From positions 1 to 36,729 of the forward strand of contig CAZBDF010000001.1 in assembly GCA_964490385.1 (NCBI GenBank): 36,729 nt of DNA, given 5' to 3'. The notes beneath the pieces are model-generated. The model made no database searches. It saw nothing but the letters and a program-made list of their open reading frames with translations, and was not told the DNA's origin. This document shows, in pieces, positions 24,825 to 33,600 of this stretch. This DNA comes from an uncultured Lentimicrobiaceae bacterium. Its GTDB lineage: Bacteria; Bacteroidota; Bacteroidia; Bacteroidales; 4484-276. The position numbers and the translations under genes are program-made. Each line of letters starts with the position of its first letter. The first letter of the stretch is position 1.

Positions 24825-26351
24825 TTAATGCTTAAAGTGCCTGATTCCTGTAAAAACCATTGCCATGCCGTTTTTATTGCAGTAGTCGATGGATTCCTTG
24901 TCCCTGACTGAGCCACCCGGTTGAACTACCGCGCTTATGGCTGCCTCGTGTGCAATTTCCACCGAGTCGGCAAAGGGGAAAAATGCATCCGAAGCCATCA
25001 CAGCACCATTCAAATCAAAGTTGAAGGATTTGGCTTTTTCGATGGCTTGTTTCAGTGCATCCACCCGCGAAGTTTGTCCAACGCCACTGGCAAGCAATTG
25101 GTTATTTTTAACCAAAACGATGGTATTCGATTTGGTGTGTTTCACCACAATGTTGGCAAATAATAAATCATCTACCTCATTTGATGTGGGGGCTTTGTCA
25201 GTAACTACTTTTAAATCTTCAGAGGTTTCTACTTTAATGTCCCTGTCCTGTTCAATTACTCCATTCAATACCGAGCGGAATTGTTTTTCGGGCAGGGTAT
25301 ATGCTTTCTTCTTGAGAATAATCCTGTTCTTTTTTGATTTGAGAATTTCAAGCGCAGCATCCTCGTAATCGGGAGCAAGAACTATTTCAAAAAACAGCTT
25401 ATTCATTTCTTCTGCTGTTGCTTTGTCGATGGGTTTATTGGTGATCAGCACCCCTCCAAAAGCCGAAATCGGGTCACCGGCCAGGGCATCTTTCCATGCA
25501 TCGACTAATCGATCTCTTGACGCAATCCCGCAGGCATTGTTGTGCTTGAGAATGGCAAAAGTTGTGTCTTCAAAATCTTCAATCAAATTAACGGCAGCAT
25601 CCAGATCGGCAATATTATTGTACGAAATAGCCTTGCCATGAACTTGCTCAAAAATGGCACTGACATCTCCATAATAAATCCCTTCCTGGTGTGGATTTTC
25701 TCCATATCGGAGCACCTCGGCATCCGAAAAACTATTCCTGAATTCGCGTAATCCAATCTCTTTATTGAAGTAATTAAAAATGGCAGTATCGTAATTTGAA
25801 GATTCAGCAAAGGCAAGGCTGGCAAAATGCTTACGTTCCCGAAGGTTGGTTTTACCACCTCCATTAATCAGGAGCTCGAGTAAGGGCTTATATTGCTTGC
25901 TTGAAGGAACGATGAATACATCCTTAAAATTTTTGGCTGCCGCTCTAATCAGACTGATACCGCCAATGTCAATCTTTTCGATGATTTCGCTTTCATTATC
26001 AGTTGCAGCCACAGTATCTTCAAAAGGATAAAGGTCAACGATGACCAGGTCAACTTCGGGTATTTCATATTTCGAAAGATCAGCCTGATCCTTCTCGTTG
26101 TCGCGACGGTTCAGAATTCCGCCAAAAACTTTTGGATGCAATGTTTTAACCCGTCCGCCCAAAATTGATGGATAGGAAGTAATATCTTCAACACGGATGG
26201 GTTCAGCACCCAATGATTGCAGATAATTATAAGTACCACCTGTCGAATAGATTGTTACACCTAATTTAACCAATTCATTGACAATGGCATCAAGGCCGGT
26301 TTTTTCGTAAACCGAGATTAAAACTGATTTTATTTGCCTGAAGTCTTCCAT
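24825..26351 (-). CDS. purH: Bifunctional AICAR transformylase / IMP cyclohydrolase
   Basis: MGS-like N-terminal domain (VLISVYEKTGL, STGGTYNYL, TLHPKVFGGIL) and AICARFT domain (LRYGENPHQ, ILKHNNACGIA, ASDAFFPF). Start moved from 26444 to the ATG at 26351 (MEDFRQIKSVLISVYEK), since the longer N-terminus looks spurious. Confidence 0.95.
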   Translation of the reverse strand: MEDFRQIKSVLISVYEKTGLDAIVNELVKLGVTIYSTGGTYNYLQSLGAEPIRVEDITSYPSILGGRVKTLHPKVFGGILNRRDNEKDQADLSKYEIPEVDLVIVDLYPFEDTVAATDNESEIIEKIDIGGISLIRAAAKNFKDVFIVPSSKQYKPLLELLINGGGKTNLRERKHFASLAFAESSNYDTAIFNYFNKEIGLREFRNSFSDAEVLRYGENPHQEGIYYGDVSAIFEQVHGKAISYNNIADLDAAVNLIEDFEDTTFAILKHNNACGIASRDRLVDAWKDALAGDPISAFGGVLITNKPIDKATAEEMNKLFFEIVLAPDYEDAALEILKSKKNRIILKKKAYTLPEKQFRSVLNGVIEQDRDIKVETSEDLKVVTDKAPTSNEVDDLLFANIVVKHTKSNTIVLVKNNQLLASGVGQTSRVDALKQAIEKAKSFNFDLNGAVMASDAFFPFADSVEIAHEAAISAVVQPGGSVRDKESIDYCNKNGMAMVFTGIRHFKH

Positions 26352-26403
26352 TAAAATGTAAAAGTATCTGGTTTCGTTTATTTTAACAAGTTTTACAAGG
26401 GTG

Positions 26404-26411
26404 CAAAAATA
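26404..26411 (-). promoter_or_regulatory. Candidate -7 box (TAnnTTTG) upstream of purH
   Basis: The minus strand reads TATTTTTG about 53 nt upstream of the proposed purH ATG. This is a motif match only. Confidence 0.25.
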
Positions 26412-26560
26412 TAGAAAAAAGTTAACACTACTTTGATTATGCATGTGTTGGGTGTAATTTATTTTTTAATGACAATTTTTTACATGAATTTGAATTAATG
26501 ATAAATATTATTGCACTTAATGTACTACTTTTACAAATTAATGACCATTAAATAGCGCAC

Positions 26561-27805
26561 ATGATCTTACTGCTAAAACTCATACGTGAAAGTTATCTTT
26601 TTGCATTTCAGGCAATCATTGTCAATAAGGTAAGGACGATACTGTCGTTGCTGGGGATTACCATTGGTATTTTTTCGGTGATAGCCGTGCTTACTGTATT
26701 TGATTCGATGGAGAGCAGCATCAGGAGTAGTTTAAGCGAGTTGGGCGACAATGTTATTTTTGTCCAAAAATGGCCCTGGGCAATGGGCGGGGATTATCCC
26801 TGGTGGAAATACCTGAACAGGCCCGAACCCAGCGTAAACGACATGGAAGAAATTCAGAGGCGAAGCCAGACAGTAGAGTCGGTAGCAATGATGTTTCAGA
26901 CAAACAGGACAGTGAAGCGTGGCAACAATAGCTACGAGAGTATTGGTGTTATGGGGGTTTCGCATCAATATGATAATGTGATGCCAATGGACATAATGGA
27001 CGGCCGGTATTTTACCACAGTGGAATCGATCGGAGGGAGAAATGTAGCCATTATCGGTGCAGGTATTGCCGACAACCTCTTTTTAAATGAAGACCCTATT
27101 GGCAAAAGCATTAAAATTTTTGGTAATAAACTTACAGTCATTGGCATCTTGGCAAAACAGGGTGATGGCTCTTTTGGTAATTCGACGGATGAGCAGGTTT
27201 TTGTGCCCATGAATTTTGCGAGGAACTACATTAACCTGAGATATATCGGTACTACTATTCTTGTGCGGGGCAAACCCAAAGTAAGTAATGTACAGCTGAT
27301 GGACGAGATGACGGGTATTATGCGATCGGTGCGAAAAATTAAACCTGGCGAGGAAAACAATTTTGCCCTGAATGAGATCAGTGTAATCAACCAGGGTTTA
27401 CAGGCATTTTTTAGCGGGATAGCTTTAATTGGCTGGATCATTGGCGGATTTTCGTTGCTGGTTGGCGGATTTGGGATTGCCAATATTATGTTTGTTTCGG
27501 TACGCGAACGGACCAACATTATTGGGATCCAAAAAGCCATTGGGGCCAAAAATTTCTTTATCCTTTTAGAATTTCTTTTTGAAGCAGTATTTCTTTCACT
27601 CATTGGAGGGGTCGTTGGATTACTACTGATTTTTATGGGAACTTATGCTTTCCAGGGCATGCTCGATTTCGACCTTTTCTTATCACAAGGAAACATCATC
27701 GTTGGATTGGCCATTTCTACCATTATTGGTTTAGTGTCAGGTTTTGTTCCTGCCTGGTCAGCCTCACGCCTCGACCCGGTGGAAGCTATTCGACATGGGG
27801 CTTAA
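26561..27805 (+). CDS. ABC transporter permease, MacB/FtsX family
   Basis: 414 aa. N-terminal TM helix, a large periplasmic MacB_PCD-like domain, and a C-terminal FtsX 3-TM bundle (GIANIMFVSVRERTNIIGIQKAIGAKNFFILLEFLFEA). Confidence 0.9.
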   Translation: MILLLKLIRESYLFAFQAIIVNKVRTILSLLGITIGIFSVIAVLTVFDSMESSIRSSLSELGDNVIFVQKWPWAMGGDYPWWKYLNRPEPSVNDMEEIQRRSQTVESVAMMFQTNRTVKRGNNSYESIGVMGVSHQYDNVMPMDIMDGRYFTTVESIGGRNVAIIGAGIADNLFLNEDPIGKSIKIFGNKLTVIGILAKQGDGSFGNSTDEQVFVPMNFARNYINLRYIGTTILVRGKPKVSNVQLMDEMTGIMRSVRKIKPGEENNFALNEISVINQGLQAFFSGIALIGWIIGGFSLLVGGFGIANIMFVSVRERTNIIGIQKAIGAKNFFILLEFLFEAVFLSLIGGVVGLLLIFMGTYAFQGMLDFDLFLSQGNIIVGLAISTIIGLVSGFVPAWSASRLDPVEAIRHGA

Positions 27806-27811
27806 GGGATC

Positions 27812-27968
27812 AATGATAAAATGCGAGAATGATTGAATGTGAGAATGCGAAAATGATGAAATGCGAAAATGATAAAATGCGGGAATGATTGAATATGAGA
27901 ATGGGTGAATGTGGCAATGTTCAAAATGCAATTTGATGATTTGAAAATGCGATGATTTGGTAATTTGG
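27812..27968. repeat. Low-complexity periodic array of (r)aatg-containing 7-8-nt sub-units, including a 56-nt direct duplication
   Basis: aatgataaaatgcgagaatgattgaatgtgagaatg... (27812-27867) is repeated as aatgataaaatgcgggaatgattgaatatgagaatg... (27868-27923). The aatg periodicity continues to about 27968. Confidence 0.6.
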
Positions 27969-28030
27969 CAAGATAAAGTGATGAAATTACCTCACAGAGC
28001 CCAAGGACGACCAAAGGGCATCCGTATGGA

Positions 28031-28097
28031 TTACCAATCACCAAATACCAAATACCGATCACCATTTACCGACTACCGACTACCGATCACCGATCAC
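28031..28097. repeat. Low-complexity taccgatcac-type short tandem repeats
   Basis: Sequence ttaccaatcaccaaataccaaataccgatcaccatttaccgactaccgactaccgatcaccgatcacc. It ends at the stop codon of the small minus-strand ORF. Confidence 0.6.
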
Positions 28098-28328
28098 CTA
28101 CCTACTCACTCTGCTTCCTGTAAAAGTAAAACTTCCTTGCTTCATCCGCACACCCTTAATCACTTCTGTACCAACAACTTTTCCACAACTGCATTTAACC
28201 TGGCCGTTTTCGCGTTGACTATAATCTTTGCTAATGCGTGCATCCCAGCAGGTAATTATTTTGCCCTTACCAACTTTATGGTATTTAAAGATTTTTGACC
28301 GGCAGGAAGCACATTTGATGGTGAGCAT
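28098..28328 (-). CDS. Small Cys-rich (zinc-ribbon-like) hypothetical protein
   Basis: 76-aa ORF with CxxC (CASC) and CxC (CSC) pairs about 40 residues apart and a basic composition. It is divergent from recJ and has no overlapping competitor gene. Coding status is unproven. Confidence 0.5.
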   Translation of the reverse strand: MLTIKCASCRSKIFKYHKVGKGKIITCWDARISKDYSQRENGQVKCSCGKVVGTEVIKGVRMKQGSFTFTGSRVSR

Positions 28329-28480
28329 ATATGCGAGCTTGTCTAATAATTTAGAATTCTATTTTTTATTTTTTATCATCATACTAACACTTAAAGGCTT
28401 AGCAAATTGCAATTTCATATTAATAAAATTCAGGCATTTGAAAGCTTAATAATTTTTATCTTTACGCAAAAAAAACATTT

Positions 28481-30247
28481 ATGGAAAGGCGCTGGGTTGT
28501 TAAGAATAAAGGGGATACGGAAATCGTTGCCGAGTTATCCCGTGCCCTGAATATTAGCTCGCTACTTGCATCACTTCTTGTACATCGTGAGGTATCAAGT
28601 TTCGGGGAGGCCAAAGATTTTTTTCGGCCTAAACTTCTTCAGTTACACGATCCTTTTTTGATGAAGGATATGGATATAGCGGTGGAAAGGATTGAGATGG
28701 CGATAAGAGATCGTGAAAAAATCCTTGTTTATGGCGATTATGATGTTGATGGCACAACGGCTGTTGCTTTGGTATATACTTTTTTGAAGTCAATTTATAA
28801 AGAAGTTGGTTTTTATATTCCCGATCGCTATTCCGAAGGCTATGGCATTTCGAAAGCCGGGGTGGATTATGCCGAAGAAAATGACTTTAGCCTTGTTATT
28901 GCGCTGGATTGTGGAATAAAAGCTGTAGATAACATTGCCTATGCAGCCGAAAAGAACATAGAATTTATTATTGTTGATCATCACCGGCCAGGTGATGAAC
29001 TTCCACCTGCCTATGCAATCCTTGACCCAAAAAGATTGGATTGCGATTATCCCTACAAAGAATTGTCGGGTTGTGGATTGGGTTTCAAATTGGTGCAGGC
29101 ATTTTCACAAAAAAACAACCTACCCTTTAAACGGCTTGAAAAGCTGTTGGACCTTGTGGTTGTTAGCATTGCATCTGATATAGTACCCATAAGCGGCGAG
29201 AACCGCATCCTGGCCTATTACGGGTTAAAAGTACTTAACTCAAACCCCAGGCCTGGTTTCATTGCCATCCTTAATTACAGCAATATTAAGAAAAAGGCGG
29301 ATTTTCAATATCTTGAAGATGATTTTGTTTTTAACCGCAAATTGGGTATCAGTGACCTGGTTTTCCTGATCGGCCCGAGGATTAATGCTGCCGGCAGAAT
29401 GGAAAGTGGGAATAATTCGGTAGAATTGTTGATCAGCAAAAATATAGAAGATGCACTTGAAAAAGCCGTGCAGATCAATCAATTCAATACTGAGCGCCGT
29501 AACCTCGACATGCAGATTACACAGCATGCGCTCGAACTTATTGCCAACGACCCGGATCATCCCAATCAAAAATCTACCATTGTTTATCATCCCGAATGGC
29601 ATAAAGGCGTACTGGGAATTGTTGCTTCCAGGATGACGGAAAACTATTACCGTCCAACCATAGTTTTAACCCAATCGAATGGATTTATTACCGGTTCGGC
29701 AAGGTCGGTTAAGGATTTTGATGTTTACAATGCCATCGATCAGTGTTGCGATTTGCTCGAACATTTTGGCGGACATAAATATGCAGCCGGCATGTCGATC
29801 AGGCCCGAAAATTTTGAAGCATTCAAGAAGCGATTTGAAGATTACGTTTCTGATACCATCGAAGATAAGATGTTGATCCCGGAAATTGCCATAGATGCCA
29901 AAATCAAACTGAACAATATCAGCACAAAGTTTTACCGCATCCTCAAGCAATTCGCTCCCTTTGGCCCCGAAAACATGGCTCCAATATTTATGACCGAAGG
30001 CGTGGTTGACACAGGGTACGCATGTATTGTTGGCAAAAACCACCTAAAGCTGAGCGTCACCCATCCGGATATTTCCGGATTCCCGGTTGCGGGTATTGCC
30101 TTTCAGCAAGGGGATAAATTACCCATTGTTCAAAGCGGAAAACCATTTTCAATTTGCTACCATATCGAAGAAAACGAGTGGAACGGCCATGTTTCCTTGC
30201 AACTCAACATCAAAGATATAAAGCCTATTGAAGAGGAAGAATATTAG
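28481..30247 (+). CDS. recJ: Single-stranded-DNA-specific 5'-3' exonuclease RecJ
   Basis: 588 aa. DHH motifs (VYGDYDVDGTT, LDCG, IIVDHH) and the DHHA1 motif GGHKYAAG. Confidence 0.95.
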   Translation: MERRWVVKNKGDTEIVAELSRALNISSLLASLLVHREVSSFGEAKDFFRPKLLQLHDPFLMKDMDIAVERIEMAIRDREKILVYGDYDVDGTTAVALVYTFLKSIYKEVGFYIPDRYSEGYGISKAGVDYAEENDFSLVIALDCGIKAVDNIAYAAEKNIEFIIVDHHRPGDELPPAYAILDPKRLDCDYPYKELSGCGLGFKLVQAFSQKNNLPFKRLEKLLDLVVVSIASDIVPISGENRILAYYGLKVLNSNPRPGFIAILNYSNIKKKADFQYLEDDFVFNRKLGISDLVFLIGPRINAAGRMESGNNSVELLISKNIEDALEKAVQINQFNTERRNLDMQITQHALELIANDPDHPNQKSTIVYHPEWHKGVLGIVASRMTENYYRPTIVLTQSNGFITGSARSVKDFDVYNAIDQCCDLLEHFGGHKYAAGMSIRPENFEAFKKRFEDYVSDTIEDKMLIPEIAIDAKIKLNNISTKFYRILKQFAPFGPENMAPIFMTEGVVDTGYACIVGKNHLKLSVTHPDISGFPVAGIAFQQGDKLPIVQSGKPFSICYHIEENEWNGHVSLQLNIKDIKPIEEEEY

Positions 30248-30278
30248 CGTTTTGGTGCATTTCATATTGAGACAACAT

Positions 30279-30320
30279 AAAAAAAGCCTCTCCAAAAAAA
30301 TTTGGAGAGGCTTTTTTTTT
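30279..30320. terminator. Bidirectional rho-independent terminator between convergent recJ and the T9SS cargo gene
   Basis: Perfect 13-bp stem aagcctctccaaa (30284-30296) pairing with tttggagaggctt (30301-30313), 4-nt loop. Flanked by an A tract on the left and a T9 tract (30312-30320) on the right. Confidence 0.8.
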
Positions 30321-30330
30321 GCCGGTTTTA

Positions 30331-30414
30331 GTCACCCGGTGAATAAGCCCTGAGATCATTTCTGCTTTCAGGAGTTCAGTTTCTAATGCTTATGCAAAAT
30401 TCACCGGGTGTGAC
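30331..30414. repeat. GTCACCCGGTGAAT-armed inverted-repeat element, copy 1
   Basis: Left arm gtcacccggtgaat (30331-30344), right arm attcaccgggtgtgac (30399-30414, one extra t). Internal hairpin cctga-N14-tcagg starts 4 nt after the left arm. Confidence 0.6.
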
Positions 30415-30421
30415 ATGTTAA

Positions 30422-30504
30422 GTCACCCGGTGAATATGTCCTGAAACAATTGTTGCACTCAGGAGTTTAGTACCCTCCTATCTTGAGGGGATTCACCGGG
30501 TGAC
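30422..30504. repeat. GTCACCCGGTGAAT-armed inverted-repeat element, copy 2
   Basis: Perfect 14-bp arms (30422-30435 and 30491-30504). It has the same cctga-N14-tcagg internal hairpin at the same offset as copy 1, plus a second hairpin ccctc-N7-gaggg. Confidence 0.65.
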
Positions 30505-30527
30505 TTGTTTCGTGCTACTAGCATCAA

Positions 30528-30635
30528 GACCTCATCCCCCAGCCCCTTCTCCTGAAGGAGAAGGGGAGTGCCAACGCACGGACCGACCTCTCCCCAACCC
30601 TCTCCTGAAGGAGAGGGAGTGCCAGCGCACAGGCT
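30528..30635. repeat. Two tandem GC-rich hairpin units of about 53 nt ('GEGWGEV' element), abutting the stop codon of the 1201-aa gene
   Basis: Unit alpha is gacctcatcccccagccccttctcctgaaggagaaggggagtgccaacgcacg. Unit beta is gaccgacctctccccaaccctctcctgaaggagagggagtgccagcgcacaggct. Each has a 9-10-bp central hairpin. They are about 90% identical by eye to the units at 36205-36362. Confidence 0.75.
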
Positions 30636-33600
30636 ATTGTAGCACAAGTTTTCTAACTATCTGCATTCCTTCTTGTGTTATTTTCAGGTAATATATTCCT
30701 TTCGGATGTGAAGCAAGATCAACACTGAAACCGTTAAATTGATCGTTGCCTTTCAGCAGTATGTTTCCATGGATGTCCAGTACTTCCCAATCGTTAACTT
30801 CGTTTGTGTTTTTCAATTGAATATTGAATTGGGCATTGGATGGATTTGGATAAATAGTCACTGATGTATTTACTTCTGAAGCTCCACTAATTCCGGTTGC
30901 CTGGATGCTCTTTATTGCCGATAAGCCGTGATTCACAAAATATCCATTTTGAGGCATTTGTTCATCAAATTCTACTTCCAAGGGATATTCCCTGGCAGTG
31001 AACAGATTAAAAATCCGAAAGTGAAATTGTTCACCCTCAGTCATTCCATCAACAAAAGGTGTAGTTGGGTCATCGCCATTTACCACAATCGCAAATGAAG
31101 CCTGAGTATTTTCACGGGAACATCCATACAAAACACCATCATCGCCAAATACACCAATTTGTGTTCCGGCTGATAGATCAGCTATTGCATTTTCGGGAAA
31201 AGCAATCGTGTGCGAAAATGGTGAGGCCGAAAGTTTACCCCAGTAGGAATCACAGAAATTGGTTTCAATATTTTTGAAGTCAGGTTTTTGGCTGGCACAG
31301 TCCTGGTAACTCAGGCTAATATCATCCGAAATCTTTATTTCGTAGGCTTGTCCGGGAAATAAATTTGTCAATGTATAAATCCCCATTTCCGGCCACCAAA
31401 CATTATTTCCAATCAGATCTTTTACGATTTCGATATTTGAAACCTGACCGCTAAAAAGAGCGTTGGCATCCACCGAACATGTTGATAATACCGGGAGATA
31501 GTACCAGGATTGCGCTTCGATTGACAGGCTTAATTCGGTGTTCTCCAAAGGTGTTCCACAAATTTCGAAGTTTTGCCCTGCATACGTTTTTATAACATAA
31601 CCCGAATTATTATCCCATGCCCCTATACTGTTAATGTTGTTGACGGGCCAGTACATAGCATTCAGGTTTCGCACAATTATCAAATCGTTTACCATGGGAG
31701 CAAACAATTCTTCTACAACCGGATTTTGAGGGGTAAGCCATAGCGAAATATCATTCCAGTTTTCTGAAAGTGTTATTTCCTGGCAAACCTGGCCTTCTAG
31801 ATTTAGTAAACTGGAAAAGCCATAGCTCTCAAATTCACCTGATGATTGTGGCATAAAGGGATTATAAGTAGCGAAAGCAGCGTAGCTTATTGCTTTATCA
31901 CATTTGTAAATCTTCCACTGGATTTGTTCACCGTCATCAAAGCCATCTTTTTCGGGTGTTGAAGGATCATCGCCATAAGCCGTGAGTTCAACATTTGAAA
32001 CTCCTGTCCATTGCACCCATCCACCACATCGGTCATCGCCATCATCATCTTTATAAAAAACACCTATCCAATCCTTGTCTTCAAGTGCCTTTCCAAAAAT
32101 CTGAGGATTAGCATCCAGCGGTATTAAAATCGTATGAAATAAAGGTGTTTGAGAGTATGACCATGCCGGATCGCAAGCATTGTTGATTCCTTCAAAATCC
32201 ATATCAAATATATTTACAACAACATTCCCAAGGTTTCTGGATTCAGGGAGAAAACTCCAATCTTCCTTAAAAGCGGTGATAGCCCCATTCCAGTTTACAG
32301 GAATAGAGGCTGTATATTCACCATTGATATTGGTGTAAACTGAAGTTTGATCGCTCAGTTGCACTTCAACGTTTTCTACAGGATTTCCAAATTCATCGCT
32401 TACAGTTCCGCTCACCAGAATTGAAGACAAGGGTTCTTCCCAGCTAAAGGGCGGGTATTCAATTGTAAATTGGTCTGTTGTACCAACCATTGCCACTGAG
32501 TAGGCAAAGCCTGGTTGCAGCATTGTAAAACCAGCGTTTTCGGGCGTCCAGAATTGGAATGTGCCCCAATCGTAAATCATTTGAATTTTGTCTAAATGGC
32601 CATTAAACAAATCTTCGATTGCAATAGGAATATCAGTAAGTACCGGCAGGTAGATAAGCTGGCCGTTCATTTCGAAAACCTTGCTTGAAATGTACGCTCC
32701 ATAAACCGATAAACATGCGGGTGGGTTGTTAAAGTTGGCCTGGTAGCCCACAGCATTCCAGTTTCCAATTTCATTGATGCCTGTTGCGGGATTATAGACC
32801 TTGCCTTCCACATCTTTAATTATCGTCAGGTAAGCTTCAACCGGAGCCAGGACTTCAGCCATGGATAAATCCCCATTATCGATGTAAGAGGAAATCCCCC
32901 GCCATCCACTTTGTGAAATTGGAATAAGCTGGGTTGGGATATGGAGTAAAGTGTTTTTGGAAACAGTGATGTTATATGGATCCAATCCCTCTGCAGAAAG
33001 CGTTAAAATCACCTCACCGCTGATAATATCATTTTCTCCCAAATAGTATTTTGGGTTCAGGCTGGTTGGGTCATCAAAGGTTCCGTCCCCTACCGTTGAC
33101 CAGCTTATAGAATTTGCAGCCTGCACCGTTACACTCAACTCAAATGGCAGCCATTGATCCTGCTCAAAATCAAAATGAGCACAATCTAACCAAAAGTCAG
33201 ATTCTAGTAAAATTACCGGGTGTGGATCGATGTTTACGGTTTGGGTATTTGTGAGGCTCCAATGTCCGTTTTGATCCATAGCCCGGACAAATATGGTGTT
33301 TTCGCCGGAAGGCACATCAGTAAGATTAGCAACAAAAGTGTAGCCCTGGATATTTGGTGCAGCACTTATGGGCAGGGCAATGCCATTGCCTTCACCAGGA
33401 TCTGAATTGAAAAAGTACTCAGCCCTGACGATATTTTGCGTTTCAGTAATTATGCTTTCCTTGAAAAATGAAATTGTGTTGGCAAAGCTCCAGCTTCCAT
33501 TGGCATCTTTTGACCGAACATACAATCGGTGAAAACCTTTGGTATAATCCGAAATATCAATATTCAAGTTTATTGAGCTGATATTAGTGGCAGCAGTAAT

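Noticed and set aside
27812-28097. Possible CRISPR or minisatellite-encoded gene (ORFs 27802-28065 on the minus strand and 27957-28298 on the plus strand)
   Set aside because: The repeat period is only 7-10 nt, with no repeat/spacer organisation. The translations are low-complexity (HFRILTFNHSRI..., YRSPFTDYRLPITDH) and mutually overlapping, so they are spurious ORFs over simple-sequence DNA.
30528-30635. Possible CRISPR array, given the tandem 50-57-nt GC-rich palindromic units here and at 36205-36394
   Set aside because: The units are directly contiguous with no unique spacers between them, and only 2-4 occur per site. One set lies inside an ORF, and no cas genes or leader are present in the window. 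They behave like REP/BIME-type repeats instead.
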